64,000 bases of DNA from a virus. Lineage: Duplodnaviria; Heunggongvirae; Uroviricota; Caudoviricetes. Position 1 is the stretch's first letter, and every line of letters begins with the position of its first letter. Of the stretch, positions 19,258 to 28,877 are shown piece by piece. The stretch is from IMG/VR virus record IMGVR_UViG_3300042934_000212; one strand, given 5' to 3'. Below the pieces are notes generated by a model. It saw only the letters and a list, made by a program, of their open reading frames with translations, ran no database searches and was not told the origin of the DNA. Both the position numbers and the translations under genes were made by a program.

Positions 19258-20139
19258 TTATTCTTGTTGCTTAGGTACAATAACACGATATATCTCTCTT
19301 AATAGATGCTCAATAACTGGAACTGTCCAACCATTACCAAGCATCTTGTAAGCTTGTGTATTCGATGAAACTTTGAAAAAATCGTCTGGAACTCCTTGAC
19401 AACGACAACATTCTATAACAGAAAGCTTACGATAGTCAACTCCATTTTTACCTGATTTTAACAAATATTCTCGATCAATAGGTTCTTTGAAGAATACAAT
19501 CTGTCTACGAGATTTATTGAAGTACTGATTACAGTCGCCGCCCTTAAAATAATTGGCATCTATGCAATATGATTTGGAACGATTGGTAAATCCACTTTCC
19601 AGAATATCCTGTAATTGTACAGAATCATACGATGGTGGAGGTATTACCATATTGTCAGTACTTATCCAGTAATAACGCTGCCTGTAATGTGCAGTGTAAT
19701 TTTCGGAGTTTATAAGTACTGGTGTTCTTCCAATAATTCCAGAACAGTATTCTTCAAAATCATTTTTCATCTTGACGTTTTCAAATAGATAGTTAACGTC
19801 AGGATTAACAGACTTTATATGATTGAAAATATCAATCATTGTGTGAAACAACATACCACGTGGATCTGTTGTTCCACCTTGTTTACCTGCCACGCTCCAT
19901 GCCTGACAAGGGAATCCACCCATAAGAAGATCGATAGAACTCCAGTCAATATCCCATTCTTCCCACTTAGTCACATCACCCAATTGAATAATGTCAGGGA
20001 AGTTTGCTTGACTCTCTGCAATTGCAAACTTATCAATCTCAGATGAATAGTATTTGTCTACTTCAATACCTGCATTCTGCAATGCCATATATCCGCAGGA
20101 CATGCCGTTGAATAACGACAGTACTGTGATCGGTTTCAT
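19258..20139 (-). CDS. DNA (cytosine-5)-methyltransferase
   Basis: Motif I SLFNGMSCG, motif IV GGFPCQ, motif VI ENV, R.R.YW, and C-terminal R.QG.PD...LGNGW. Confidence 0.92.
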   Translation of the reverse strand: MKPITVLSLFNGMSCGYMALQNAGIEVDKYYSSEIDKFAIAESQANFPDIIQLGDVTKWEEWDIDWSSIDLLMGGFPCQAWSVAGKQGGTTDPRGMLFHTMIDIFNHIKSVNPDVNYLFENVKMKNDFEEYCSGIIGRTPVLINSENYTAHYRQRYYWISTDNMVIPPPSYDSVQLQDILESGFTNRSKSYCIDANYFKGGDCNQYFNKSRRQIVFFKEPIDREYLLKSGKNGVDYRKLSVIECCRCQGVPDDFFKVSSNTQAYKMLGNGWTVPVIEHLLREIYRVIVPKQQE

Positions 20140-20162
20140 AGAAATCCTTTTCTATAAAGTAA

Positions 20163-20585
20163 TTATTTTTCTTGTGCACAAGGTATAACGTTATAGTACT
20201 CGTACAACTTGTACATTAAATCTTTTGCCTCTTTTAGTGCGACTTCATTCCATACACCAGAAGGTTCAGAGAACTTGCATTCGTTCATCTTAATGATACT
20301 GGTTTTTGCATTTTCTGAATCGTCCCAAATGTTTAGACCCGCAGACATTTTCCACGGCATCATACATAACTGGTATTCGACTTCACTGGCACTGTCTCTG
20401 TACTTAACTTGTGCATAGCGTTCATAAATGAACACATCAAATTCATCTGAGTAGAAATCCCCCTCAATATTGGATTTCTTAGAAACCTTACTACCATCAC
20501 GTTCAATGATAATTTCAGGATTAGTACTCAGATATGAAAAAGCACGGTCAATTACTTCAAGTTCTGAAAGATGCTTAGAAGTCAT
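20163..20585 (-). CDS. hypothetical protein
   Basis: ORF in a packed operon; start re-called at the internal MTSKH. Confidence 0.5.
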   Translation of the reverse strand: MTSKHLSELEVIDRAFSYLSTNPEIIIERDGSKVSKKSNIEGDFYSDEFDVFIYERYAQVKYRDSASEVEYQLCMMPWKMSAGLNIWDDSENAKTSIIKMNECKFSEPSGVWNEVALKEAKDLMYKLYEYYNVIPCAQEK

Positions 20586-22554
20586 CGCTATCCCCGTAAC
20601 GCTCATCCATGTAATCATCGTCACGATCAAGAAACTCTTGACGGCGAATGATTTTAGAACGTGCTCCAGGGTTATGAGTGCTTACATCATTAAAATTGTA
20701 CACAGTAGTTTCACCGCTAAGTACAAAGTTTACCGCTTCAAGCATAAGTTCCAATGAACCCTTAAGCTCGACAATAGCATCACGTTCAGAAAAACCTGAA
20801 CCGGTTGGAGTAATATTACCAGTACCTCCAACGTTATCACCGTAATATACTTCTACGATAGAAGCAGTATGTTCTACAGTGCCGTCCTTATGGGTGAACG
20901 GCTCTACCACTACACGATTATTCCAAGACACTCTCGGCTCCTTTAATAATTTTCTCGTAGTGTTTATTTTCTACGAGTTGACGATAGGTACTTGTTGCAC
21001 TTTCAAGATGCAACTTGTTTTTTACCCACTCGATTGTTTTAATATGTTCCACCAGCAAACTACTACTACTAGAAATTTTCAATCGTTTTATTGGATTGCT
21101 TTCTGGAGTAGAATCATATGCAGTAACTAAACGTTGGTTACACGCTTTCATTGCATTGATTGCGGTATCTAAATTTTGACGATAGATAATCAAAAATTCT
21201 GGATTCATTTTAATCTCACTTAATAACAGTAAATTCGTGTTGGTCTTCTGGAAGTTCATCAATTGTAATGACTTTAAGAAGACCACGATTCATGTACATG
21301 TTGAATACTGGAAAGTAATTACCAAAAATTACTTCCAAGTCAACTTGTTCTTCAGTGACAACTACCTGTTCTTCGCCAGTGTTCAAACGACGCCACAACT
21401 GACGATGGATTTCAAGAGTTTTGAATTCTTCGTTATCAAGTACACGACGCGAACGAGCAGGTTTAGACATTTTCTTTATCTCACATTTTTAGCAACTGGA
21501 TATGACTATAATATACAGTAACATTACCCTGTGAGTCAACACTTTTTACTGGTTTTTCAAAGATTACGAACGTTTTCGGATCGTAACTTGTCATCATAAA
21601 TGTCTTATCATTACGGATACTGGTTAAAATATACGGCACTTAATAAACTCCATTATCTTTTTTATTTTATTTGGTTTTTCATCAACTACCCGTACTGAGT
21701 CTCCATAATAATAGCTACGTTCTTCTCGATCAGTACCCATATTGATGAAACCATACACATGAACAGTATATTCTTGTTGTACGATTTCTTGAACTATCAG
21801 ATGATCATTACGGTCATTAATGATTATTACATCATCAACAGCAATGTTCTTAGCTTTTTTGTACATGAATCATGTTACCCTTTTCATACTCAACGGGGAT
21901 GTTGATTTCCCGCCAGGATAGTTTTGCATTACTGGTTACATTACTCACTAACAATGCAATGAACATTTGACCATTCTTTGCAAACAAACCTTTAGTACTA
22001 TCGCGTTCGTAAACTGGAAGCACTTTATAACCACCTGAGCACTTAATAAGTACTTCAGCATTTTCAATCTTAGTAAACATCGTCGGGGTGTCCGTAAATT
22101 AATAGTAATTCGCCTGATGGACTGTATTCGCGAGTTACGATGCCTTTACGGTCGGTTCCACGAGTCCAGTTAATCATACTTACCTTCGTTCCATCTTCAC
22201 ATGAATAGAAAGTATTATGTTCCTTGTCAGTAGTGCTTGGACAAGATTCATTCTTCAACTTAGTCAGTGCTGCTGCGTACATAAGCTCGTCCTGACGTTT
22301 TGGTTCTTTGGCTTTTTGTTCCTGTGCAATCTTATCTGCACGTTCTGCATTCTCTGGTGATACCTGTGAAATATACAGATTGATACACGTAAAGAATATC
22401 CAGAAAGCAATGAACCAATTCAGATTTTTGTCACCCATACTTTTCTCCAGATAAAAAAAAAGCTGCGTAAGCAGCTATAAACTTAACATTATGATTGTAC
22501 TTAAAAAATACAAAATGTCAAGACTAATCAGAGGGCGTGATTAAAAAAATTAAA

Positions 22555-22639
22555 TGGTGGGGATGGTCGGACTCGAACCGACACGCCCGAAGGCACCAGA
22601 ACCTAAATCTGGCGTGGCTGCCAATTTCACCACATCCCC
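22555..22639 (-). tRNA. tRNA-Leu(TAG)
   Basis: CCAGA-TTTAGGT-TCTGG, long variable arm, CCA. Confidence 0.93.
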
Positions 22640-22652
22640 ATTCTATACTTAT

Positions 22653-22683
22653 ATTATACCACAAAACTTTTTATTGTTTCATT
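22653..22683 (-). promoter_or_regulatory. conserved phage promoter
   Basis: ATGAAA-CAATAAAAAGTTTTGTGG-TATAAT upstream of tRNA-Leu(TAG). Confidence 0.75.
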
Positions 22684-22701
22684 TATTTTGCGGTATTTTA
22701 T

Positions 22702-23127
22702 TTACCAACAACGTAAACGTTTAGCTGCTTGGATTTCTTCTTTGTTAGGGTAGATGATTAGACCCGTCTGAGTTAGACCATCAAAGAAGTTAAATCCGTA
22801 ATCGAAAATATCCAGTACGAAATATCCTGGTGGATAATCATAGCCGCCAATCTGTTCGAGTACTTTATCTTTGACTTTATTCATATGGTCTTCATCCTTC
22901 AACTTAAGGATAATTTTGCGGCGACCTTCTGTGTGCCAGCCTTCGAAGTTGGCAACAGGTAGAATTAAATCTTCGTTATCTTCTTTACGGGAACGCACTT
23001 TGTACTCATTATAAGTACCCCATACTTGGTCCAAACCATGACCAACCTGTGCAGCGAACTTACCAATAGGCATGTTCAAATCTTCACGTAAAAGCACATA
23101 ACATTTATATTGAAGAACTGGCTTCAT
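22702..23127 (-). CDS. peptidyl-tRNA hydrolase, Pth2 family (uninterrupted)
   Basis: YVLLREDLNMPIGKFAAQVGHG...W...GRRKIILK...D.G.....G.T.T motifs. Confidence 0.85.
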   Translation of the reverse strand: MKPVLQYKCYVLLREDLNMPIGKFAAQVGHGLDQVWGTYNEYKVRSRKEDNEDLILPVANFEGWHTEGRRKIILKLKDEDHMNKVKDKVLEQIGGYDYPPGYFVLDIFDYGFNFFDGLTQTGLIIYPNKEEIQAAKRLRCW

Positions 23128-23560
23128 TTCGTACTGCCTCAGTTTTATAATAGACTGTATCTACAAAATTTAAGAGCTTGATAATATCATCCATCTCAAA
23201 CTCCGTCAAGTCCTGAACGGTCATTTGTTGAAAATAACCTTCTTCAGTACTGGCGAGCCTCAAGTTTTTGTAGGTTGAAATATGTTGAGGTGCACTAAAT
23301 TTCCAATTCCCACTATATCTAGTAGTGACATAATAGGTAACTGAATCATTTTTCATATCATAGTTAATATGATAATTTACACCAGATAACTTATATTTCA
23401 ATTCAATTAAATCTTCAGCGGTGCATTTAACGTCGAAGTATTCCGAATCTCCAAGTTTGAAATAGCAAGCTGGTCTACGATTGACAGTTTTATGTAAAAG
23501 ATCAATCCTCTGAACGAAACGTTCTAGAACGTCTGATAGGGGTTTCTTTACCCATCCCAT
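23105..23560 (-). CDS. hypothetical protein, 'EExxFQxxTV' paralog family
   Basis: STEEGYFQQMTVQD motif; start re-called near MGWVKK. Confidence 0.55.
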   Translation of the reverse strand: MGWVKKPLSDVLERFVQRIDLLHKTVNRRPACYFKLGDSEYFDVKCTAEDLIELKYKLSGVNYHINYDMKNDSVTYYVTTRYSGNWKFSAPQHISTYKNLRLASTEEGYFQQMTVQDLTEFEMDDIIKLLNFVDTVYYKTEAVRNEASSSI

Positions 23561-24035
23561 TTTCCAACTCCTGTTTGAGTAGTTCTGCACCGGCAATAAA
23601 ATCAGCGTTAGTACACCAATCTTTAACTCGCTCTAACGCATTATCTTGAAAATCTTTTGGAAGGACACGATGATGGCGTACAACCCGTACAAACCAGCAT
23701 ATACTGTCCATATAAGAAGGTTCAGAATTACCTTTTTCTTTAAGAAACTCCACACAGGTCTGAATATAACGTCTGATAAGTTCGTGGTAAATTTCGTTTT
23801 CATTTGAACGTGTCCATGCATTTGTCCATGTTTTATAAATCTCAAAACCAGCCTTAAAAATATATTCTTCTGGAACATACCCTGACCATTTATCATTGAG
23901 ATAAACACAATATTCCGAAACTGCTGGGTGCCAGTGTATGTAAGTTTCAGTCCAAGTTACATTGTCACTATGTCGTAAATTATCAATATAATACGCTATA
24001 AAGTGGTCTTTTAAATCTGGATCGTCTTTATACAT
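23502..24035 (-). CDS. hypothetical protein
   Basis: 177-aa ORF. Confidence 0.55.
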   Translation of the reverse strand: MYKDDPDLKDHFIAYYIDNLRHSDNVTWTETYIHWHPAVSEYCVYLNDKWSGYVPEEYIFKAGFEIYKTWTNAWTRSNENEIYHELIRRYIQTCVEFLKEKGNSEPSYMDSICWFVRVVRHHRVLPKDFQDNALERVKDWCTNADFIAGAELLKQELENGMGKETPIRRSRTFRSED

Positions 24036-24963
24036 CAGTTAGCTCCGAAATCTTCCATATCTTCAGTACTGGATTGTGTTTCAACAATCTCGATACCATC
24101 AGGATTATAATCAGGTGCATCTTCATTCCAGTATTTTTCTGGCATGTCTTCAGTGCAACCATGATTATCAATTTTAAATTCGATTTCAATACCGCGTTCT
24201 TTTAGAATACGATTAACTGTATCAAGTACATAGTCAGCGGAATCCCACACGGAACGACAATATTCCATATCTTCGTCACAAACATTAAAAGTTACTTTAG
24301 TACTCATTACCAATTTCCTTCTCTATAACGGTCAATATACGCACGTTCACGTTCTGCTTCAGCAGCCCAACTTGCATCTGATACAGCTTTACTATGTGCA
24401 TCTTCTACTTTCTTATAATCGGTGTACTTTACGTATTCACCATTTACATCAGGCATTAGTTCGCCATCAATTAGATCGTAACGCTGTACTGTCATTATTC
24501 AGTCCTATAATTTTCATCTTGGAAGTAGTTTTCAGTTTCATGCCATGAGCAACCAATCTCACAATCTCCTTCATGCACTGACCATTGAATGCCGTGTAAG
24601 ATATTACCTTGGAGTACATAAGATTCTCCCCAAGTTATTTCAGAACCAATATTAAGACTTTCAATGAACCGACATACTTCATATTCAAGATCGCACTGGT
24701 CGCCAGCAGGTAGTACTAGACATATAGTTTTTTGTTTAGTTGCTTTTGGATATTGATAGAAGCCATGTCCAGACACTTCTTCATAAAGCTGACGCATAAC
24801 ACGACGAATACCGTCTTGGCGGTTTTTAAATTCTTCTTCAGTCTCAATATCCCATACACCATCTTTTAGACGTGGAGTACGCATAGCAAATGAATGATCG
24901 TAACGCATACACATACTATCAATTAGTCGTGGATCGGGCTGTTGTGGTAGATTTGGTTTCATT

Positions 24964-25308
24964 TTAATCCTCAATACGGGTTTTATATATTCTATACATA
25001 TTATCCATAAATTCAGATACATCTGTATATTCAAAGGCAGAACAATCTTGAACTGTCATTTGCTGGAAGTGCATTTCTTCACTGTTAATAGTACTGAAGT
25101 TTTCGATTGTCCAAACTCTCTTAGGATAACTATCTCGAATATACAGCTTGTCTTCTTCCATACTATATATGAGTATTCCAACAAGAGTATGAATCATGGT
25201 AATATTAACTTGTATCACCCAATTACCATTTTCTTTAGTAATATATTCAGTACTGGTATAAACTAAGCTACCTGTTACACTTTCATTGTATTCACTTAAC
25301 ATACTCAT
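24964..25308 (-). CDS. hypothetical protein, 'EExxFQxxTV' paralog family
   Basis: LYIRD...SEEMHFQQMTVQD. Confidence 0.6.
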   Translation of the reverse strand: MSMLSEYNESVTGSLVYTSTEYITKENGNWVIQVNITMIHTLVGILIYSMEEDKLYIRDSYPKRVWTIENFSTINSEEMHFQQMTVQDCSAFEYTDVSEFMDNMYRIYKTRIED

Positions 25309-25610
25309 AGTATGTAACTCATGAGTTCAGCCATTTCTTCAGATGAATAATGGATATAGTGTTTAGTGTATTGTTGGAAATGGAAATCCTCGGATACCAA
25401 CTTTGAAGCATGATAAAATAGAAAATGTTCATTGGCAAGCCAGTCACGAATATAAAGAAAATCCGTAAGAGTGTTGTACATAATAACAAGTTCGGTATCA
25501 GTTTCTTCAAATGAGACACGAAGATTAATATAGTTCCTGTCCAGCTTCTTTTCATAAGAATTGGCTTTTAGTTGTTTCATTACGTCTTCGAAATTACTAA
25601 GCTTGTCCAT
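25305..25610 (-). CDS. hypothetical protein, 'EExxFQxxTV' paralog family
   Basis: LYIRD...SEDFHFQQYT. Confidence 0.6.
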   Translation of the reverse strand: MDKLSNFEDVMKQLKANSYEKKLDRNYINLRVSFEETDTELVIMYNTLTDFLYIRDWLANEHFLFYHASKLVSEDFHFQQYTKHYIHYSSEEMAELMSYIL

Positions 25611-26394
25611 TTAGGGAATCCACAATAGAAGGAATATCACATGCATAAAATCCAGCACAATTAATGTTGTTAATTTCTAGTACTGAGAATCCGTCATCAG
25701 TTTCAGCGAAGTCCATTACAAATGCCGGTGCTGGTGTCCATAGTTTACAAAGTTCTTCAGCTTTTTCAATAATAATATCTGGTACAACAGGATTAGTACA
25801 AAACTGTCCACGTACTTTATAAAGTGATTGTGCAACCACCTTACTATTAACAATAAAGAGACGGTATTCTGATAGTATTTCTACTGCTTCAGATACTAAA
25901 ATTTCAAGTTCAGGATCACCAACACTCTTACCAAAGTTATGTAATGCATAGAAAAAATCATCTCTTTCTATTACTTTTGCAATTAATTGTTTGGTATCTC
26001 GAACTGGCCTGATAAAGATTTTATCCCAATACGGTAACTCAACCTCTCCAATTTTGAAGAAATCACAATTACCGTTAAGGAAGTTTTCAGAACCCCACTT
26101 TTGCATTTGCAATCTTATATCGAAATTAGAATTTATATAACCACCTGGGATATAACCATTCTCAACTAACTGGTTAGCAAGAGCATAACTACCAAATGAC
26201 ATAGTTGGGATCGATTTGTCGAAGTACTTTTCATATGTAGCATCGGTATAATCATCAATATCTTCAGGTACAAAGATATTAGCAAATGGTAGCGGTTTAA
26301 CTGAAGTATGAGAAATATTGTTCTGTACCATATATTCTTTCATGATACGAAACCCATCTTCGTTGAAATACTTATCCATTATTAAAAAGTGCAT
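25597..26394 (-). CDS. ATP-grasp domain protein (DUF4343/R2K-like)
   Basis: FIRP...K....V, EYRLFIV...V...S.Y, FVMDFAET..G..VLEINNINCAGFY. Confidence 0.8.
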   Translation of the reverse strand: MHFLIMDKYFNEDGFRIMKEYMVQNNISHTSVKPLPFANIFVPEDIDDYTDATYEKYFDKSIPTMSFGSYALANQLVENGYIPGGYINSNFDIRLQMQKWGSENFLNGNCDFFKIGEVELPYWDKIFIRPVRDTKQLIAKVIERDDFFYALHNFGKSVGDPELEILVSEAVEILSEYRLFIVNSKVVAQSLYKVRGQFCTNPVVPDIIIEKAEELCKLWTPAPAFVMDFAETDDGFSVLEINNINCAGFYACDIPSIVDSLNGQA

Positions 26395-26454
26395 GGTTCA
26401 CTCATTGTTATTGAATAGAAATGAAAAAACCAGCAATTTGCTGGTTTAAATAAT

Positions 26455-26576
26455 TGGTCGGGAATGGTGGACTCGAACCACCTCTAACGGCTCCATATGC
26501 AATAGTATTGGTTGCTGTGAAATTCCAGTAGCTGGAATCTTTTATTACGTCGTGCAAACCCTGACACTAATTCCCG
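26455..26576 (-). tRNA. tRNA-Pro(TGG)-like gene with a 47-nt insertion in the anticodon stem
   Basis: Pro-type CGGGAAT/ATTCCCG+ACCA. Removing 26501-26547 gives ACGGC-ATATGGA-GCCGT (TGG one base 3' of the usual register). Confidence 0.72.
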
Positions 26577-26867
26577 ATAAAAGTACCGTAGTACTTTGGT
26601 AGTCATTCTGTTTCTCGGCTGACCTGCCTCAGAATAATTTCGATACAGCTTATGCTGTGATTGTATTGAGCTTACTGGATTTTGAGTCGCAGTATCGACC
26701 TGTGTATCAGACCACGCACGGAAGTGCGTTATCCATAGCTATATTACAGCTAATTTGTTATTAAATCGGACGGCTTTGGGTGTTTCGGGGTTACTCGTTT
26801 GTGAATCCTACTACTAACCCTTTTTCGGATTGATATTCACCTAAGAGCGTACTCACCGCCAATTTAA

Positions 26868-27203
26868 TTAAAAGTTGTTATGACGCAGATTGCGTCTTTC
26901 AAGATATTCAATGAAAGTACTTACAGTACCAATAACTTCAGGTTCCCATTGATCTTCAAGACCGTAACAAGAACAATGACCACCGTGAACTTCATAGTAC
27001 TGTTCATCTTCGGTATTGTAATAGATTACAAGTGCACGACCTGAATAGTCTTCGTAATCGTAAAAGGCATAGACAAATTCAAGATTGTCTAGTTCAGACT
27101 CAGGGATTCCGAATTGACCTGCAATATCGCTTGGTGATTGAAATAGTTCGTTGAATACTACTGGAAATCGTTCTTTAATTTTGTATAATTCTTCGTTAGT
27201 CAT
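26868..27203 (-). CDS. conserved phage hypothetical protein
   Basis: YDYEDYSG.A...YYEVHGGHCSCYGLEDQWEPE motif; start re-called downstream of tRNA-Thr. Confidence 0.7.
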   Translation of the reverse strand: MTNEELYKIKERFPVVFNELFQSPSDIAGQFGIPESELDNLEFVYAFYDYEDYSGRALVIYYNTEDEQYYEVHGGHCSCYGLEDQWEPEVIGTVSTFIEYLERRNLRHNNF

Positions 27204-27220
27204 TAGACATTCCTTGTTAT

Positions 27221-27296
27221 TAGTGCTCCAAGCAGGATTTGAACCCACGGCTTCCTCATTACAAGTGAGGCACTCTACCAACTGAGTTATTGGAGC
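27221..27296 (-). tRNA. tRNA-Thr(TGT)
   Basis: CCTCA-CTTGTAA-TGAGG; 3' end CTA rather than CCA. Confidence 0.9.
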
Positions 27297-27342
27297 AGGT
27301 GGTACATTTTATTTATCAATATAAAACATACCGAAAAGATTG

Positions 27343-27615
27343 TGCTGATGAAGTAAAGCAACCAGGCAACAATACAACCAAGCAACTATGCAATCGAGTA
27401 TTACCGTTTCCACAACCAAGCAAGATATAGTATCTATTAAGTATATGACGGAGCAAACTCTTTTTTTATAATTACGTTAGCGTAATTGACCATTAATCGT
27501 TTTGGGATTAATTATCATACTGACATTCGTCAGCATCTTCATCAGCAAGTTAAACTAGCAACCACCTCAACCGCCGGTTGACATAATTACTAATCTAACG
27601 CAAGCCCTCTAGGGG
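27343..27615 (-). ncRNA. putative structured RNA with TTGCYTGGTTG repeats
   Basis: ORF-free; 11-bp long-range stem (27343-27353/27537-27547), internal hairpins and three CAACCA(A/G)GCAA repeats on the + strand. Confidence 0.5.
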
Positions 27616-27625
27616 AACTTAATTA

Positions 27626-28204
27626 TTAAAGTACTTGTAGTACTTTAAATAACTCTTTGTACTTGTCATCAACATCGATTTCAAGTTTGTTGTTAATGTA
27701 AGCAAGCTTATCACTAACGGTTTCTTGTTCACGCTTCAACTGAACGTACTGTTCATTGAACGCGTTGTGATCATCTGCACTTAGGCCGTTGATTTGGATG
27801 TACGAATCGCGATACTCGCTAGTACTTTCCTGTGCATCTTTCACCTGACGCTGAATCATTGCAAGACGTTCTGCGTCGGTTGTTTCTTCAACACGTGAGA
27901 AACCAGAAAGGACACGCATTTTATTCTCAATCTTAACTTTATCATTAAGAAGGGAATCAATCGAAATACCGTCGATGACGGTTGAATTTGCCACTTGTAA
28001 AGCTTCGCGGATTGCACTAATCGCATCAACTACATCAAGGGTTTGTTTAACCGATTCTGCATTAATTGCTGTTACTGCTGCGAAGGTATCTGCAACTTCT
28101 TCTTCTGTTGCTGAACGGTGTACATTCTTACGGGTACTACCAATTCGTAGGTTACCTTGTAATTCTTTAACAAGGCGGTGTGCTTTACGTAGGGTCAACT
28201 TCAT
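27626..28204 (-). CDS. coiled-coil protein (MKLTLRKA... type, possibly DIP1984-like)
   Basis: Helical heptad pattern; L..AN in the middle and L..IN at the C-terminus; has its own promoter. Confidence 0.6.
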   Translation of the reverse strand: MKLTLRKAHRLVKELQGNLRIGSTRKNVHRSATEEEVADTFAAVTAINAESVKQTLDVVDAISAIREALQVANSTVIDGISIDSLLNDKVKIENKMRVLSGFSRVEETTDAERLAMIQRQVKDAQESTSEYRDSYIQINGLSADDHNAFNEQYVQLKREQETVSDKLAYINNKLEIDVDDKYKELFKVLQVL

Positions 28205-28244
28205 CGTGATTCTCCAATTTTTGTCTCTTTGTGTTCATGACTAT

Positions 28245-28275
28245 ATTATACCACAAAAGATTTTATTGTTTCATT
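28245..28275 (-). promoter_or_regulatory. conserved phage promoter
   Basis: ATGAAA-CAATAAAATCTTTTGTGG-TATAAT. Confidence 0.75.
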
Positions 28276-28318
28276 TTTCTCAATTAAAATTGGGTGATTT
28301 ATTTCACCCAAGTCTTAC

Positions 28319-28876
28319 TTATTCAGACCGTGCTAAAGTCTCTAGCTCATCGAAGAATTTGTTGTTCATTCCGATAAGATCAGCGAACCAGAACACACCA
28401 CCTTCACTTTGAGTAATAGGTAGTTCATTTACTGCTGCGTATAGCAACTCTGCTTTGGTAATATCACAACGAGTCCAAGTTCCGATAGTGTAACCAGTAA
28501 GAATACTGAAGTCACCACGACAGTCATCAGCTAGCTTTTCACATAGGTATACCATGTTTATTTCATCATCTTGTAGATAACGAAGTTTAGTATTCACGGT
28601 ATTGATGTAAGATACTAGATTGTAATTTGCATCAGTAGTTACTACGAAGCGATCTTGGTCACCATCTTTTACTACTTTAAAATCAAGAGTACAGTCTAGT
28701 GCTTTAACAACTTCCTTCATTAGATATAGTTCATATCCATGATATACAGTTGATTCACCAGATTTATCGAACACCCGAATAGAAACTCCGTGGTCTTCTT
28801 TTACTGTTTCAAACTTATCGTTACCTTCTAGGAAAGCTTCGATGTTATTAATAATTTCTTGTACTTCTGTTAGCAT
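28319..28876 (-). CDS. hypothetical protein
   Basis: 185-aa ORF. Confidence 0.6.
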   Translation of the reverse strand: MLTEVQEIINNIEAFLEGNDKFETVKEDHGVSIRVFDKSGESTVYHGYELYLMKEVVKALDCTLDFKVVKDGDQDRFVVTTDANYNLVSYINTVNTKLRYLQDDEINMVYLCEKLADDCRGDFSILTGYTIGTWTRCDITKAELLYAAVNELPITQSEGGVFWFADLIGMNNKFFDELETLARSE

Positions 28877-28877
28877 T

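Noticed and set aside
27358-27425. CAACCAAGCAA repeats as a CRISPR array
   Set aside because: The repeats are only ~11 nt with irregular spacing, and there are no cas genes in the window.
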